Positions 30,073-41,173 of a stretch of DNA of 64,000 nucleotides are shown one piece after another. Origin of the DNA: Nitrospinales bacterium. Its GTDB lineage: Bacteria > Nitrospinota > Nitrospinia > Nitrospinales > VA-1. The stretch covers positions 1,334,361 to 1,398,360 of the forward strand of contig OZ242182.1 in the NCBI GenBank assembly GCA_965205835.1. The letters are read 5' to 3'. Made by a program: the position numbers and the translations under genes. The notes beneath the pieces are model-generated. The model did no database searches, was not told the DNA's origin, and saw only the letters and a list, made by a program, of their open reading frames with translations. How positions within the stretch are numbered: the stretch's first letter is position 1; each line of letters begins with the position of its first letter.

Positions 30073-30209
30073 CCTTGATCACCCTTCCTCTTAATTTCAT
30101 TTGAATTCAGTTGTAATCGTTGCGGTCAGTTTATAGAATGGACACGCCACCAAAATTAATGTTTTTCTCAATTAATCACGGCCTTTTAAAAAGGCGTGAG
30201 CTATAAGAC

Positions 30210-31550
30210 ATGCGAAACCGTTTATTCCTATCCGTTGTGTATTGCTTCATCGTCGGCTTGATATTCCTTTCGGGACCCACAAGTGCTTATGAAGTCAATA
30301 AAAACGCAGTAGCCTTGCTCATCGCAAAAGACAGAGCCGGGAAAACCGTTGGAACCGGATCGGGTTTCGTGGCCCGCCCCGAAGGAACCATGGTCACCAA
30401 TTACCACGTTCTGGTCGATGCCCATAGTATTGATGTGCGTTTCCCCGATGGTTCGCGTTCCGAAGTGACAGGAGTGTTCAAGGTTGACCGAGCCAGAGAT
30501 TTTGCGATTATAAAATTAAGTGAAGGGTTTTATTCCACTCTGGAAATCGGTGACTCCTCCTCCCTGAAGCCTTATGACTACACCAGTGCTTTGGGATACC
30601 TCTCCGCTCAGGTAGCCGAGGACAATGGCCAAATCGTGCAAACTTATGGTTTTGTTCTCGGGGTTCACCCCCAAGCCGACCCCAAAACACCTTTTATTTA
30701 TACAACCTCCGCATTTGGCCCAGGCTTCAGCGGCGGACCGGTGGTCAACAAATCTAACAAGGTTGTTGGATTAGCCACGGTAGAGGGGCGATCTATTAAT
30801 CTTGCGCTTCCTATAAACCCTGTTAAAGAGTTTTTAGACACCAAAACTACTTTTTCACTTCAGAAGCTTCTGAATGAAGACCAAACTTCCTTGGAGGCCA
30901 TGTATTATCGGGGAAATTATTTCCTGTATGGGTTGGGAGACCCCAATAAAGCCCTCGCAGAGTTTGAAAAAATACTAGTAAAAGATCCAAGCTTTATTCT
31001 GGCTCATTACGATCTGGCTGTTGCCTATCGAGATATGGGAATGGTCGAAAAAGCCATCGACCAATATGAAAAAACTCTGGAATTGAATCCAGGTTTTCCG
31101 GAAGCCCTGTCGAACCTTGGGGGGTACTATTTTCGATCGGGAAAACTGGATGAAGCGGTGGAATTATTTAAAAAAGCGGTTCGTGTTTACCCGAACTTCA
31201 TACAAGCCCTTTCCAATTTAGGTGCGGCCCTGAACAAGCAGGGACACCCTGATGAAGCCCTCAGGTTTTTGAAAAAAGCTTTGGCCTTGGACCCGGAATT
31301 TGCCATCGCGAATTTCAATCTGGGCAATTCCCTGTTCGCGCTCAATCGAATGGATGAAGCCCGCGACGTGTTTGAGCTTTCCCAAAAACAGGGCATCGAT
31401 TTTCTTTCTATGCATTGGAAGCTTTACGAAATCCACAAAAAAGACCAGAGAATCCAGGACGCGGAAAAGGAATTGAAAACCATTCTGGAAATCGATCCCT
31501 TCAACGAAGAAGCGAAAAAAAGACTTTCCGAACTTCCCATAGCACATTAA
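30210..31550 (+). CDS. Trypsin-like serine protease domain fused to TPR repeats (secreted)
   Basis: Signal peptide, GTGSGFV...TNYHV (His), and GFSGGPVV (Ser). Several TPR units follow (A...Y..AL.L.P....A..NLG). Confidence 0.8.
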   Translation: MRNRLFLSVVYCFIVGLIFLSGPTSAYEVNKNAVALLIAKDRAGKTVGTGSGFVARPEGTMVTNYHVLVDAHSIDVRFPDGSRSEVTGVFKVDRARDFAIIKLSEGFYSTLEIGDSSSLKPYDYTSALGYLSAQVAEDNGQIVQTYGFVLGVHPQADPKTPFIYTTSAFGPGFSGGPVVNKSNKVVGLATVEGRSINLALPINPVKEFLDTKTTFSLQKLLNEDQTSLEAMYYRGNYFLYGLGDPNKALAEFEKILVKDPSFILAHYDLAVAYRDMGMVEKAIDQYEKTLELNPGFPEALSNLGGYYFRSGKLDEAVELFKKAVRVYPNFIQALSNLGAALNKQGHPDEALRFLKKALALDPEFAIANFNLGNSLFALNRMDEARDVFELSQKQGIDFLSMHWKLYEIHKKDQRIQDAEKELKTILEIDPFNEEAKKRLSELPIAH

Positions 31551-31834
31551 CTCTTCGCCGGAAGAGCAGTAAAAACCTCCTGCCCAGAGGGCGGGCTTCA
31601 ATGCCTCCTCTTTTTTAAAAAGGGTTGGGGTGACTCACCACCAAGCTTTTGCCGGTCTTTATCGCCATGACCCAACCCATTTAATCTCAACATCCAACCG
31701 AGGCCTCTGTTAGGCGAAATACCCTCACTGTACATATATTGGATAATAATTAGTCGGTTGAGTCTGCTTTTGGCGCAATAGCTTCAGCAACTAATGACTA
31801 GCAATTATATTTTTTTCCTCTTATATTTCACTTG

Positions 31835-32776
31835 TCACTGGTTATTAATTCGGTCAAGGTGCGCCGCAATAATTTCATCCTTGAAGGGTATTTCTCTTGT
31901 TCCATATCTATAATTTTTTAAATCGTATTTGTTCCCATCAATATGCAGATACTGCGGAGGGAAATGGGCAAACATCTTAATAGCTAGGTCTCTAGCAAGC
32001 TCTTCAGAACTCTTATAAGATCCCCCAGTGTTGCACCAACCTAATAGCCATAAATATGACTTAATACTAATGCTTCTAAAGTCAGTTCCGTCTAACTCTG
32101 ACATCAGGTTTTTGTAATCTTTGCCTCTGGAAAAACGTTTATCAAAGCTTGTTAATTCATTAATTGCATCTTGGATTCTATTTCGATCTCTGTCGGCAAT
32201 TAAATCAATCTCATTATCCTGCTGGTAATTATTTAATTCCTCCCCCCAATCTCCCAATTCTGCCGGGATTTGTTCAGGTGCATCCTTGCTTGGCTTATGT
32301 ATCCTAATAGCTGCCTCGATCTCCTCAAGATTTGCAATAGTCACTAAATTTTTCAGTTTCTGCCACATTGACCTGCCCTTATAGAAGGGCTCGTGACATT
32401 CATCATGTGTAAAACACATTCCCCATTCAACATTTCGAAAGCCTCCACAAGTAAGGTTAGCACTGGTAATAACACCCGTCTTGTAATCAAAAAGATAAAC
32501 TTTTGCATGAAGATCTTTGAGTGCCTTCACCTTAACCCCGGCCCTAATTAAACCGGAGATGGCTTCCATGCTAGAGGCACCTTGGAGAAAATCCATTCCC
32601 TTGAGTCGGGTTATTAGCTTACAGTCTACCCTTCTCTTTAAAAGTGAATTGAATATACGTAATGCGACATTTGTTGTTACATAAGGTGAAATAATCAAAA
32701 CTTCAGAATTAGCCTTACTTGCCATGTCATCAAGTCTTTGACGCCATCCATCATCGACCAAATCCATATCAATCAT
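31835..32776 (-). CDS. Single-HKD phospholipase D-family (Nuc/endonuclease-like) protein with an unknown C-terminal domain
   Basis: LHAKVYLFDYKTGVITSANLT is an HxK(x)4D...GS/SxN HKD motif. The gene is A/T-rich and flanked by A/T-rich intergenic sequence. I do not recognise the C-terminal 170 aa or so. Confidence 0.7.
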   Translation of the reverse strand: MIDMDLVDDGWRQRLDDMASKANSEVLIISPYVTTNVALRIFNSLLKRRVDCKLITRLKGMDFLQGASSMEAISGLIRAGVKVKALKDLHAKVYLFDYKTGVITSANLTCGGFRNVEWGMCFTHDECHEPFYKGRSMWQKLKNLVTIANLEEIEAAIRIHKPSKDAPEQIPAELGDWGEELNNYQQDNEIDLIADRDRNRIQDAINELTSFDKRFSRGKDYKNLMSELDGTDFRSISIKSYLWLLGWCNTGGSYKSSEELARDLAIKMFAHFPPQYLHIDGNKYDLKNYRYGTREIPFKDEIIAAHLDRINNQ

Positions 32777-32920
32777 CCCTCTTTCAATTTATATTTTATG
32801 GTTCTTAATTGATCAATTACGAATTTTTGGCACGCTGATACTAAAAAGTGTGGTATTGCTACTCCCGCGCTTGCTGGTGTCTTTCGATTCTCCCCGTACA
32901 GTGTGACTGACCTATTCACG

Positions 32921-33871
32921 TTACAAATCCTCGACCACCTTCACTACGATAGAAAAAACAGAAAACATGCTTTCAATGGAACATTTGTCCAGCGTGTCTT
33001 GAAGTGTGTGCCAGTAGGGATAATCGAAATCAATCAGCACCGTCGATGGAATGCCCATGCGGTGGAAAGGATAATGATCATCATAAATTGTATATTTAAT
33101 TTCCTCGTTCAAGGACTGAATACCCTGCTCCTTGGCGACACGGTAAATCCTGTCCAGAAAGCTCGCACTGCCCTTGAAAGAATGAGACTCCTTAAATATC
33201 TCTAAATCCTTATCACCGACCATATCGATGACCAGCACCCAGTAAGGCCATCTTTCCTTCTCCTCCTTGACCAACTGCTGGGCATAATAGGTCGACCCCA
33301 ACAACTTCAACCCTGAACCCTTGGCACCAAAATCCTCTCCATCAAAAAATACCAGATGGACAGGCCGGGCCACAGGATGCTGATTGAGGTATTGGGCGAG
33401 TCCAAGCAGAATCGCGGTACCTGAACCACCATCGTTAGCCCCCAATATCGGTTCTGACCAGTTTGCAGGATCTGGGTCCTCATCAGCAAAAGGCCGGGTA
33501 TCGAAATGTGCTCCAATCAAAATCGGGGCACCACCCTGAGTCCCTTGAAACCTGAACTCCAAATTGACCATATCCACAGAGGTCGACATGGAGGTGCGAA
33601 CCGAAAATGGATGTTCCATCACCTGATCCGCATATTTCTCACCTACCTTTCGGATCAAATCCAAGGTTTTGCGATAGCCTTTACTGCCGGGGTTTCTCGG
33701 ACCAAAAGCGCAAAGAGTCTCCAGATAATTCCAAATAGCTCTGGAGTATTTTCCAGAATCGAGGGTATTGCCAAAACCGGGCAAACTCCAGAAAAGCAAA
33801 AAAACCATGCTCCCAACCGCCATAAAATTTCGAATCCGTCTTAACCATTCCATAAGGGAAAAAATCTCCAA
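32921..33871 (-). CDS. M28 family metallopeptidase (glutaminyl-cyclase-like)
   Basis: GAHFDTRPFAD, GANDGGSGTAILLGLA, and FFDGEDFG metal-ligand motifs. N-terminal signal/anchor sequence. Confidence 0.85.
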   Translation of the reverse strand: MEIFSLMEWLRRIRNFMAVGSMVFLLFWSLPGFGNTLDSGKYSRAIWNYLETLCAFGPRNPGSKGYRKTLDLIRKVGEKYADQVMEHPFSVRTSMSTSVDMVNLEFRFQGTQGGAPILIGAHFDTRPFADEDPDPANWSEPILGANDGGSGTAILLGLAQYLNQHPVARPVHLVFFDGEDFGAKGSGLKLLGSTYYAQQLVKEEKERWPYWVLVIDMVGDKDLEIFKESHSFKGSASFLDRIYRVAKEQGIQSLNEEIKYTIYDDHYPFHRMGIPSTVLIDFDYPYWHTLQDTLDKCSIESMFSVFSIVVKVVEDL

Positions 33872-34297
33872 GCTTTAGCTACTTCTCAGAGCCAAAACGC
33901 CAGCTAGACCAAAAAACAATATCCGGATTTCGGGCTATTAGGTTCGAGAAACCGTTTATTTTAAAGGAGATGCGGGATCAAAAACTCCTCTTTTTATACA
34001 ACCCGGCTAAAGCATTCTAAACGGATTCCGATAATTATAACAGAAGATCAAATCTCACCTTGGAGGGTGAGAAATAAAGGTCTTTACTCTAGCAAGGCAA
34101 AGAGGATGGCAATTACCATATTCCCGCTGAAGCGCCTGCTGAAAAAATCCTCGAAAACATCATCACTGAATCGCAGTTTCTCGACTGATTTCTCACCCTT
34201 ATCCTGATTTTTCCCGCAAAAAGACAACCCATCTACTCATCGAGTTGGACACCAAGCCCGAATCCAAACAAAGATTAAGAAGTTAAGGCGAAACGAG

Positions 34298-34528
34298 CTA
34301 TTTGTGCTGGGCGGAGGCGATACCGGTAGGAAGAGTTTGCAAAAATTGTTCGAGCTGGCCAATCAGAACGCTGACCTCCATGCCATGCATTAAGGCTCCG
34401 TTTTCCAAGGTATCAAACTTTACAGCAAAGCAACTGCCACAGGCCATTTGTTTTTCATCAAAAAACTTCATGGCCTGAGGGTAGGCATGGAGAATCTCGT
34501 TGATCGTGGTATTTTTATCGACAATCAT
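34298..34528 (-). CDS. DUF1858 domain protein (hybrid-cluster-protein-associated redox disulfide domain)
   Basis: 76 aa with T.INEIL..YP.A...F....M.C..C and TLE.GA..HG motifs. Confidence 0.7.
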   Translation of the reverse strand: MIVDKNTTINEILHAYPQAMKFFDEKQMACGSCFAVKFDTLENGALMHGMEVSVLIGQLEQFLQTLPTGIASAQHK

Positions 34529-34607
34529 AATTGATTATTCACTCTTGCCCCTTTAACAGGGGTATGCTAGCATTTGGCCATCTTCAAGACAATCTATTTC
34601 GGAGAAT

Positions 34608-34805
34608 TTGATGTCCCTAAAATGTGAAATTTGTGATAAAAAGCCACAATTTGGCAATAATGTCAGCCATGCGAATAATAAAACCCGCCGACAGTGGAAA
34701 CCAAATATAAAAAAGTTGCGTGTGGTGATGAGAGGTTCTATAAAGACCATGAAAATCTGCACCCGTTGCATCAAGTCAGGAAAAATAACCAAGGCTATCA
34801 AGTAG
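34608..34805 (+). CDS. rpmB: 50S ribosomal protein L28
   Basis: [33 protein letters not shown] is the canonical L28 signature. The start could be the second Met at 34611. Confidence 0.92.
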   Translation: MMSLKCEICDKKPQFGNNVSHANNKTRRQWKPNIKKLRVVMRGSIKTMKICTRCIKSGKITKAIK

Positions 34806-37044
34806 CACTTAGTTCACGTTCCCCCTGTGCCCCCAGTTTTTCACCCAAGGCCTCCAATCTGCTTTTTATCGGCGAGTTTTGGTTAAAATCCTTGATCCGC
34901 TCCAGGTAAATCACACCATCGACCTGACGTATTTTTTCAAGAATTTGATTCAGGTGCTCTATATCCTGAATCTCTATGGACAAATCGAAGTAAGCCCTTT
35001 TGTTTGATCCCTGTTGAACATTGGCGCGGGTAATATTGATTCCACATTCCGCGAAAGCCTGACTGATGGTGGCCATAATTCCAGATTTGTCAGCCGCGAC
35101 GATCGCGATATGAGCCTGATAAATGGTTTTCATACCCGTGTCCCACTCGACGCCCACCAGCCTCTCAGGGTCATTGATAACGTTCCCAACGCTCGGACAG
35201 TCAATATGATGCACCGTGACCCCTCTGCCTCTCGTGATATAACCGATGATCGGCTCCCCGGGGAGAGGATGACAACATTTGCCAATACGGATGAAAATAT
35301 TTTCATTGAAGCACTGGACCTTGATAGCGTTACGCGATGATTCCGGCGGCTCGCTTTCCTTTAGCTTGATCAATGTCTTCTCACGAAACTCTTTGCCCTC
35401 CAGCTTTTCTCTCCGAATGAGTTTTTCGATAACATGATGGGTCGACAGCTTTCCGATTCCAATTCCCGTCAGCAGGCCATCGGTGGAATTAAAACCACAA
35501 GCTTGGGCGGCTTCTTCAAAAGCCTCGCTAGCCATTTCTACTGCCGGATCCAGATCACATTCCTGTATTTTTTTTTGCAAGAGTTCTTTTCCCAGGCTCA
35601 AACTTCTTGCGCGCTCTTCGTTGTTTATGAAGTTGGAAATCCGACTGCGCGCCTTGGAGGTTTTAATAAAGGCCAGCCAGTCACGATTTGGGGATGCCTC
35701 CTCGGAAGCAATGATTTCCACTTGGTCGCCATCTTGCAATTTATAACGCAGAGGCACCACTTTCCCATTCACCTTCGCAGACTGGCAGTGGCACCCTACA
35801 TCGGTATGAACCTCGAACGCGAAGTCAACTGGAGTAGCGTTATACGGCAGGACAATCACATCCCCTCCGGGGGTAAAAACATAAACCTCATCCGGAAACA
35901 AATTCACCTTGAAGGCGTTGAGAAATTCTTTCGGATTTTTCAAGTTCTTCTGATTTTCAAGAAGATGCCGGACCCATAACAACTGCTGGTTCATCGGCTT
36001 TTCATCACCATCCGTTTTTTCTTTGTAGTGCCAGTGGGACGCAACGCCCCCCTGACAAACCTTATGCATTTCCTCAGAGCGAATCTGCACCTCCACCCTT
36101 TCCCCTCTCGGACCGATCACCGTAGTGTGGAGAGACTGATACATATTGGGCTTGGGCATGGCAATATAGTCCTTGAACTTACCAGGTATGGGCTTCCAAA
36201 GAGAATGCGCCAGCCCTAAAACCGAATAACAGTCGCGCAAGGATTCAACCAAAACCCGTACACCAATCAGATCATAAACATCTTCAAAACTTATATTCTG
36301 GTCCACCATCTTTTTATAAATACTGAAAAACTGTTTGGGCCGTCCCGCAACCTTTCCTGGGATTCCCGCCTGATCCAACTCCTTCACCAAACGGGAGGTA
36401 ACTTTTTCCACATACTTGTCGCGATAGTCCTTACCCTTCGCCACTTTTTCCTCAATTGCGCGAAACTCTTCCGGATAAAGGTAACGGAACGAATCATTCT
36501 CCAACTCGGTCTTTAACCATCCGATGCCCAGACGGTTGGCAATGGGGGCATATATTTCCAGGGTCTCCCGTGCGATCCTTCTTTGTCTCTCTTCTGAAAG
36601 GGAACCCAGAGTCTGCATGTTGTGGGCTCGGTCAGCAAGCTTGATCAAAACTACACGGATATCATGAGCCATGGCAAAGATCATCTTGCGGTAGTTTCCT
36701 GCCTGGCTCTCTTCACGACTGGAAAAATGGATCTGGCTGATCTTTGTCACCCCATCGACAAGCTGGAAAATTTCTTCACCAAATAATTCCTGGATTTCTT
36801 CCGGGGTGGAAAGAGTGTCCTCTATGGTGTCGTGCAACAAGCCGGCGGCGACGGCGGTCGCGTCCAGCTTTAACTTCACCAGGTTATGGGCCACTTCAAG
36901 GGGATGCGAAATATAAGCCTCCCCGGATCTTCGGCTCTGCCCCCGGTGAGCCTTGGCGGAATAAATATAGGCGTTCAGAATGATATCGACATCGGCATCA
37001 GGCATGTATTCCAATAACGCGTCTGTAAGATCCTGAACTTTCAT
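34798..37044 (-). CDS. rel: Bifunctional (p)ppGpp synthetase/hydrolase (RelA/SpoT homolog)
   Basis: HD domain (HPLEVA...LHDTIEDT), synthetase block (DLIGVRVL...YQSLHT), and TGS and ACT regions. 748 aa. Confidence 0.95.
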   Translation of the reverse strand: MKVQDLTDALLEYMPDADVDIILNAYIYSAKAHRGQSRRSGEAYISHPLEVAHNLVKLKLDATAVAAGLLHDTIEDTLSTPEEIQELFGEEIFQLVDGVTKISQIHFSSREESQAGNYRKMIFAMAHDIRVVLIKLADRAHNMQTLGSLSEERQRRIARETLEIYAPIANRLGIGWLKTELENDSFRYLYPEEFRAIEEKVAKGKDYRDKYVEKVTSRLVKELDQAGIPGKVAGRPKQFFSIYKKMVDQNISFEDVYDLIGVRVLVESLRDCYSVLGLAHSLWKPIPGKFKDYIAMPKPNMYQSLHTTVIGPRGERVEVQIRSEEMHKVCQGGVASHWHYKEKTDGDEKPMNQQLLWVRHLLENQKNLKNPKEFLNAFKVNLFPDEVYVFTPGGDVIVLPYNATPVDFAFEVHTDVGCHCQSAKVNGKVVPLRYKLQDGDQVEIIASEEASPNRDWLAFIKTSKARSRISNFINNEERARSLSLGKELLQKKIQECDLDPAVEMASEAFEEAAQACGFNSTDGLLTGIGIGKLSTHHVIEKLIRREKLEGKEFREKTLIKLKESEPPESSRNAIKVQCFNENIFIRIGKCCHPLPGEPIIGYITRGRGVTVHHIDCPSVGNVINDPERLVGVEWDTGMKTIYQAHIAIVAADKSGIMATISQAFAECGINITRANVQQGSNKRAYFDLSIEIQDIEHLNQILEKIRQVDGVIYLERIKDFNQNSPIKSRLEALGEKLGAQGERELSAT

Positions 37045-37214
37045 AGCAGGAATGAAACCTCCATTTTTTTCTACTCAACCAAAGGCCAGCAAAAAGGTCG
37101 ATGAAAAAAGGATAAACTCTTGAGTTAAGGATACTTCCACAAAATTTTTCTGTCAACGCCCAATCGCGACAGAATTCCTTGCCCCCACACGACTTGCAGG
37201 TTAATATTGGGGGC

Positions 37215-39326
37215 ATGAAGCACGCACCTTCCTTGGACGACCCCATACAGTTTATAAAAGGGGTCGGCCTCAGAAAAGCGGTTCTTCTTAAAAAATTGCG
37301 TCTAGCAAGTATTGAAGACTGTCTTTATTTCCTGCCTTTCCGGTTTGAAGATCGGACTCAATTCAAAAAAATCTCCCAAGCTGTTCCCGGTGAATATGCC
37401 ACGCTCACCGGAGAAGTCCTGAATGCCGGAACAATGTTCATGGGACGTCGGAAAAGGGTATTTGAAGTCATCATTCAGGATAAGACAGGAGTCGTCCGAG
37501 CCAAATGGTTCCGCTTTAACGAAACCTATATGAAAGAAAAGTTTAAAACGGGGCAAAAAATCATTCTTTCAGGAAAACCCAATATCAACAAACGTTCCGG
37601 ATTGGAGATTATCCACCCCGATACCGAGCAAGTATCAGGAGAAAATGTCAGCTCTCTCGAAATCGGCAAGATTGTCCCCGTTTACCATGTCACCGATGGG
37701 CTACATCTTAAATCCATGCGAACCATTATTAAAAATGTGCTCGATAAATATCTGCATCTGATCGAAGAGTTTCTTCCCGATGATCTGGTTCGGCGTCATA
37801 ATTTTCCTCTCCGGTCAGAGGCTCTCGCCCAATCTCATTTTCCACCACAAGGTTCCTCTCTGAAAGAGTTGGACGCCTTTCAGACCCCGGCGCAAAAGCG
37901 TCTGGTTTTTGAAGAACTGTTCCTGACCCAGTTAGCCCTGGCCTGTAGAAAAAACCACGTGGGAGAAGAACGCACAGGGACTCCCTTTAAAACCCGCAAA
38001 GAACTCATCAAGAAGTTTGTAAAGCTTTTGCCCTTCACCTTGACAGGAGCACAAAAAAGGGTTCTCGGTGAAATTATGGAAGACCTGGAAAAAGAGAAAC
38101 CTATGAACCGACTGATTCAAGGGGATGTCGGGAGTGGCAAAACCATTATCGCTCTTGTCGCCCTGTTGACCGCTGTGGATAACGGAACACAATCGGCGTT
38201 AATGGTTCCAACAGAAATTCTTGCCGAACAACATTATTTAAATATCCGCCCCTTTTGTGAAAAACTGGGCATCAAACTCAGCTTGGTGACCAGCGCGCTC
38301 AAAGGCAAAGAACGGCAAAGCCATTTTGAGGATGTACGGACTGGGAAAACACATATTGTTGTTGGAACCCACTCCCTGATTCAAAAAGATATTCAATTTA
38401 AAAAACTCGGGTTGGCGGTGATTGACGAACAACATCGATTCGGAGTCATGCAAAGAGAAGCCATCGGCAAAAAAGGCAACCATCCGCATCTTCTCATCAT
38501 GACAGCCACACCCATCCCCAGATCCCTCGCGCTCACCCTCTATGGAGATATGGATGTTTCAATTTTAAATGAATGCCCACCAGGGCGGCAAAAAATTGCC
38601 ACCGACTTGTTTTTTGAGAACCGGCGGGAAAAAGCCTACAGCATAATGGAAGAACAGTTAGAACAAGGCAGACAGGCGTTTGTGGTTTGTCCCTTAATCG
38701 AAGAGTCAGAGGTCATGGACCTCAAAGCCGCTGTCACGGTTTTTGATTTTATCCGGGAACGCTTTCCAAATTTCACGGCCTGCCTGATACATGGAAAACT
38801 TGAAAAAGAAGAACGCCAGGGCATCATGTCCCGGTTCCTCAAAAAAGAAATTCAGGTTCTGGTTTCCACAACAGTCATTGAGGTGGGCATCGACGTTCCC
38901 AACGCCACGGTTATGATTATTGAGCATGCCGAACGGTTCGGTCTGGCCCAACTGCACCAACTACGTGGACGTGTAGGTCGGGGAAACCACGCCTCCCATT
39001 GTCTGCTGATGGCCCACCATCCGGTATCCAAAGAAGGACAGGCTCGGATGAAAGCCATGCAAACCTCCGGCGATGGGTTCGTAATCGCTGAAGAGGATTT
39101 AAAAATCCGCGGTCCCGGAGATTTTATGGGCACCCGGCAATCGGGGATGCCTCTTTTAAAAATCGCCAACCTGCTCCGCGATATCCGTGTGCTGGAGGTA
39201 GCTCGCAAAGAAGCCTTTCATCTCATCGACCAGGACCCCCACATCACAAACCCAAAACACGAGCCGTTGCGTAAAGTCCTGCAAAACTTCATGGGTAACT
39301 ACATGGAATCGCTGGAAATAATTTAA
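37215..39326 (+). CDS. recG: ATP-dependent DNA helicase RecG
   Basis: IKGVG.....L..L and an OB wedge, then QGDVGSGKT (Walker A), VIDEQHRFGV (DEQH), MTATPIPR, and QLHQLRGRVGRG. I prefer the MKHAPSLDDP start over the upstream ORF start at 37179. Confidence 0.93.
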   Translation: MKHAPSLDDPIQFIKGVGLRKAVLLKKLRLASIEDCLYFLPFRFEDRTQFKKISQAVPGEYATLTGEVLNAGTMFMGRRKRVFEVIIQDKTGVVRAKWFRFNETYMKEKFKTGQKIILSGKPNINKRSGLEIIHPDTEQVSGENVSSLEIGKIVPVYHVTDGLHLKSMRTIIKNVLDKYLHLIEEFLPDDLVRRHNFPLRSEALAQSHFPPQGSSLKELDAFQTPAQKRLVFEELFLTQLALACRKNHVGEERTGTPFKTRKELIKKFVKLLPFTLTGAQKRVLGEIMEDLEKEKPMNRLIQGDVGSGKTIIALVALLTAVDNGTQSALMVPTEILAEQHYLNIRPFCEKLGIKLSLVTSALKGKERQSHFEDVRTGKTHIVVGTHSLIQKDIQFKKLGLAVIDEQHRFGVMQREAIGKKGNHPHLLIMTATPIPRSLALTLYGDMDVSILNECPPGRQKIATDLFFENRREKAYSIMEEQLEQGRQAFVVCPLIEESEVMDLKAAVTVFDFIRERFPNFTACLIHGKLEKEERQGIMSRFLKKEIQVLVSTTVIEVGIDVPNATVMIIEHAERFGLAQLHQLRGRVGRGNHASHCLLMAHHPVSKEGQARMKAMQTSGDGFVIAEEDLKIRGPGDFMGTRQSGMPLLKIANLLRDIRVLEVARKEAFHLIDQDPHITNPKHEPLRKVLQNFMGNYMESLEII

Positions 39327-39347
39327 GGCCTCTGGAAACCAACCCGT

Positions 39348-39992
39348 TTACTCCAGAACAAGGGTCTGAAGTTTAGGGAAGGCATTGGATTCCTTAATTT
39401 GTTTTTTGCCGCCATCGGTCAGGCCGCTGCCAAATACCTCGAGCAACTCCAGTCCAGCCAAAGTATCACTTTCGGCCAAGGCCTTGGCACCCTCATCACC
39501 AATATTATTTTGAGCCAGGTCAAGGCTTTTCAAATTAACCAGAATCGTGGAGCTGGCAATGGCTCGCGCTCCTTCAGCCCCCACTTTGTTTTTCCAGAAG
39601 TTCAAGAAGTTCAGGTAGGAAAAATTTGCGCAACCGGCAATGGCTTTGGCTCCGCTATCGCCGATGCCGTTTCTTTCCAAGTGTAATTCCTTCAGGTTCG
39701 TGATGACAGAAGAGACGGCCAACGCATGGACTCCCTTGTCGGTGATTTCGTTTCTTTCCAAATTCAGCACTTCCAAGTCGACCAACTCCGGACACTGAGC
39801 CAGGTACTCCAGACCTCCATCGCCAATATATTTCAAACGCAAGTCCAGAACCTTTCCGTCCTGAACCAAAAACTTTTTCACCAGCACTTCTACCGGGTCA
39901 TCATTAAAGGGCTTGTTCATTCCATTATCCTTTTTTCTTTTTGGATTTTTATCCAGCGTCTTTCTGTTTTTCCATGATATCCACCCGATCAC
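39348..39992 (-). CDS. Leucine-rich repeat protein (RNI-like), third paralog
   Basis: The same 28-aa repeat type as 23940..25150 (L..L.L..N.IGDEGAKALA.S). The start may be the internal MNKPFND methionine at 39920. Confidence 0.78.
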   Translation of the reverse strand: MIGWISWKNRKTLDKNPKRKKDNGMNKPFNDDPVEVLVKKFLVQDGKVLDLRLKYIGDGGLEYLAQCPELVDLEVLNLERNEITDKGVHALAVSSVITNLKELHLERNGIGDSGAKAIAGCANFSYLNFLNFWKNKVGAEGARAIASSTILVNLKSLDLAQNNIGDEGAKALAESDTLAGLELLEVFGSGLTDGGKKQIKESNAFPKLQTLVLE

Positions 39993-40264
39993 GCAGAGAT
40001 TTATCGTCCTTCAACAAGTCATCAAGATCGAATCATATCAACTTCATTTCGCCGGGTCTTTTGGCCGGTTCAAACAGGCACGCGACTGTCACCTTCCAAA
40101 CGCCGTACCAGATCCACCGTCTTAACCAGCCCATGTTTAAAGTAAACGGTCATTCTATAAGGCTTCGCTCTAATTACCAAGAGGCAAAAGTTAAACTTTA
40201 GAGGTGCCTTTAATTTTATGCGATAATTATGTGAAGATAGTTATTGATAATCACAATAAAGTTT

Positions 40265-41173
40265 ATGGAAAACTCAGCACAGAAGTTTGACGCCCAAGTC
40301 CTTTCCCGTATTTCCACCCTGAAAATGACCGCGGTGAATCTAGTGGAAGGATTGCTGACAGGGCGACACCGTAGCCGCCACAAAGGATCTTCGGTAGAGT
40401 TTGCGGAGTATAAGGATTATTCACCGGGGGATGAAATCCGCCATATCGACTGGAAGGTTGTCGGCAAAACTGATAAGTATCACGTTAAGCAATTTGAGCA
40501 ATCTACCAATCTGAAATGTACGATTTTGCTGGACGCGAGCGGGTCGATGAACTATCAATCTCCGCCAAATGGGCATGCCTCTAAAATGGAATACACCCGC
40601 AACCTCGTCGCCGCGCTTTCTTATCTGCTTTTGAAACAATTTGACGCTGTGGGACTGACCCTGTTTAACGACCAGGTTGTTGAGCATATTCCGCCTCGTT
40701 CCAAAGCTTCTCATTTTCAGCATATTTTGCATGGTTTGGCTAATATTTCACCACGGGGAACAACTCAGATCGCTGGTGTTCTGGAAGGTCTGGCTGAAAA
40801 ACTACCGAGAAGGAGCATGCTCATTCTGGTTTCGGATTTTTTTATCCAGAGCCAGGACCTTGAGAAAAGCTTAAAACTGCTTTACTCGAGAGGACTTGAG
40901 GTCATTTTATTCCACGTTTTGCATCCTGATGAAATTCACCTGCCCTTTGAAGGGGATATGGTGTTCGAATCGTTGGAAGGGGACCCAACGATAGAACTCG
41001 ACCCGCGAGACATCCGCGAGGAGTACCGGAATGTGATTCAAGATCATATAGGCTCCTTCAAAAAAGACTGCAATGGACTTGGAATGGATTATGTTTTTCT
41101 CGACACCTCCGAGCCTTTGGATCAGGCCTTGAGTTACTATTTGCTCAAACGTAAAAGCCTCATCAAATTATGA
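40265..41173 (+). CDS. DUF58 domain protein (vWA-like, MoxR-associated family)
   Basis: G.H.S...G.S.EFAEYKDY.PGD..R.IDWK is the DUF58 signature. I prefer the ATG at 40265 over the TTG at 40244. Confidence 0.85.
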   Translation: MENSAQKFDAQVLSRISTLKMTAVNLVEGLLTGRHRSRHKGSSVEFAEYKDYSPGDEIRHIDWKVVGKTDKYHVKQFEQSTNLKCTILLDASGSMNYQSPPNGHASKMEYTRNLVAALSYLLLKQFDAVGLTLFNDQVVEHIPPRSKASHFQHILHGLANISPRGTTQIAGVLEGLAEKLPRRSMLILVSDFFIQSQDLEKSLKLLYSRGLEVILFHVLHPDEIHLPFEGDMVFESLEGDPTIELDPRDIREEYRNVIQDHIGSFKKDCNGLGMDYVFLDTSEPLDQALSYYLLKRKSLIKL

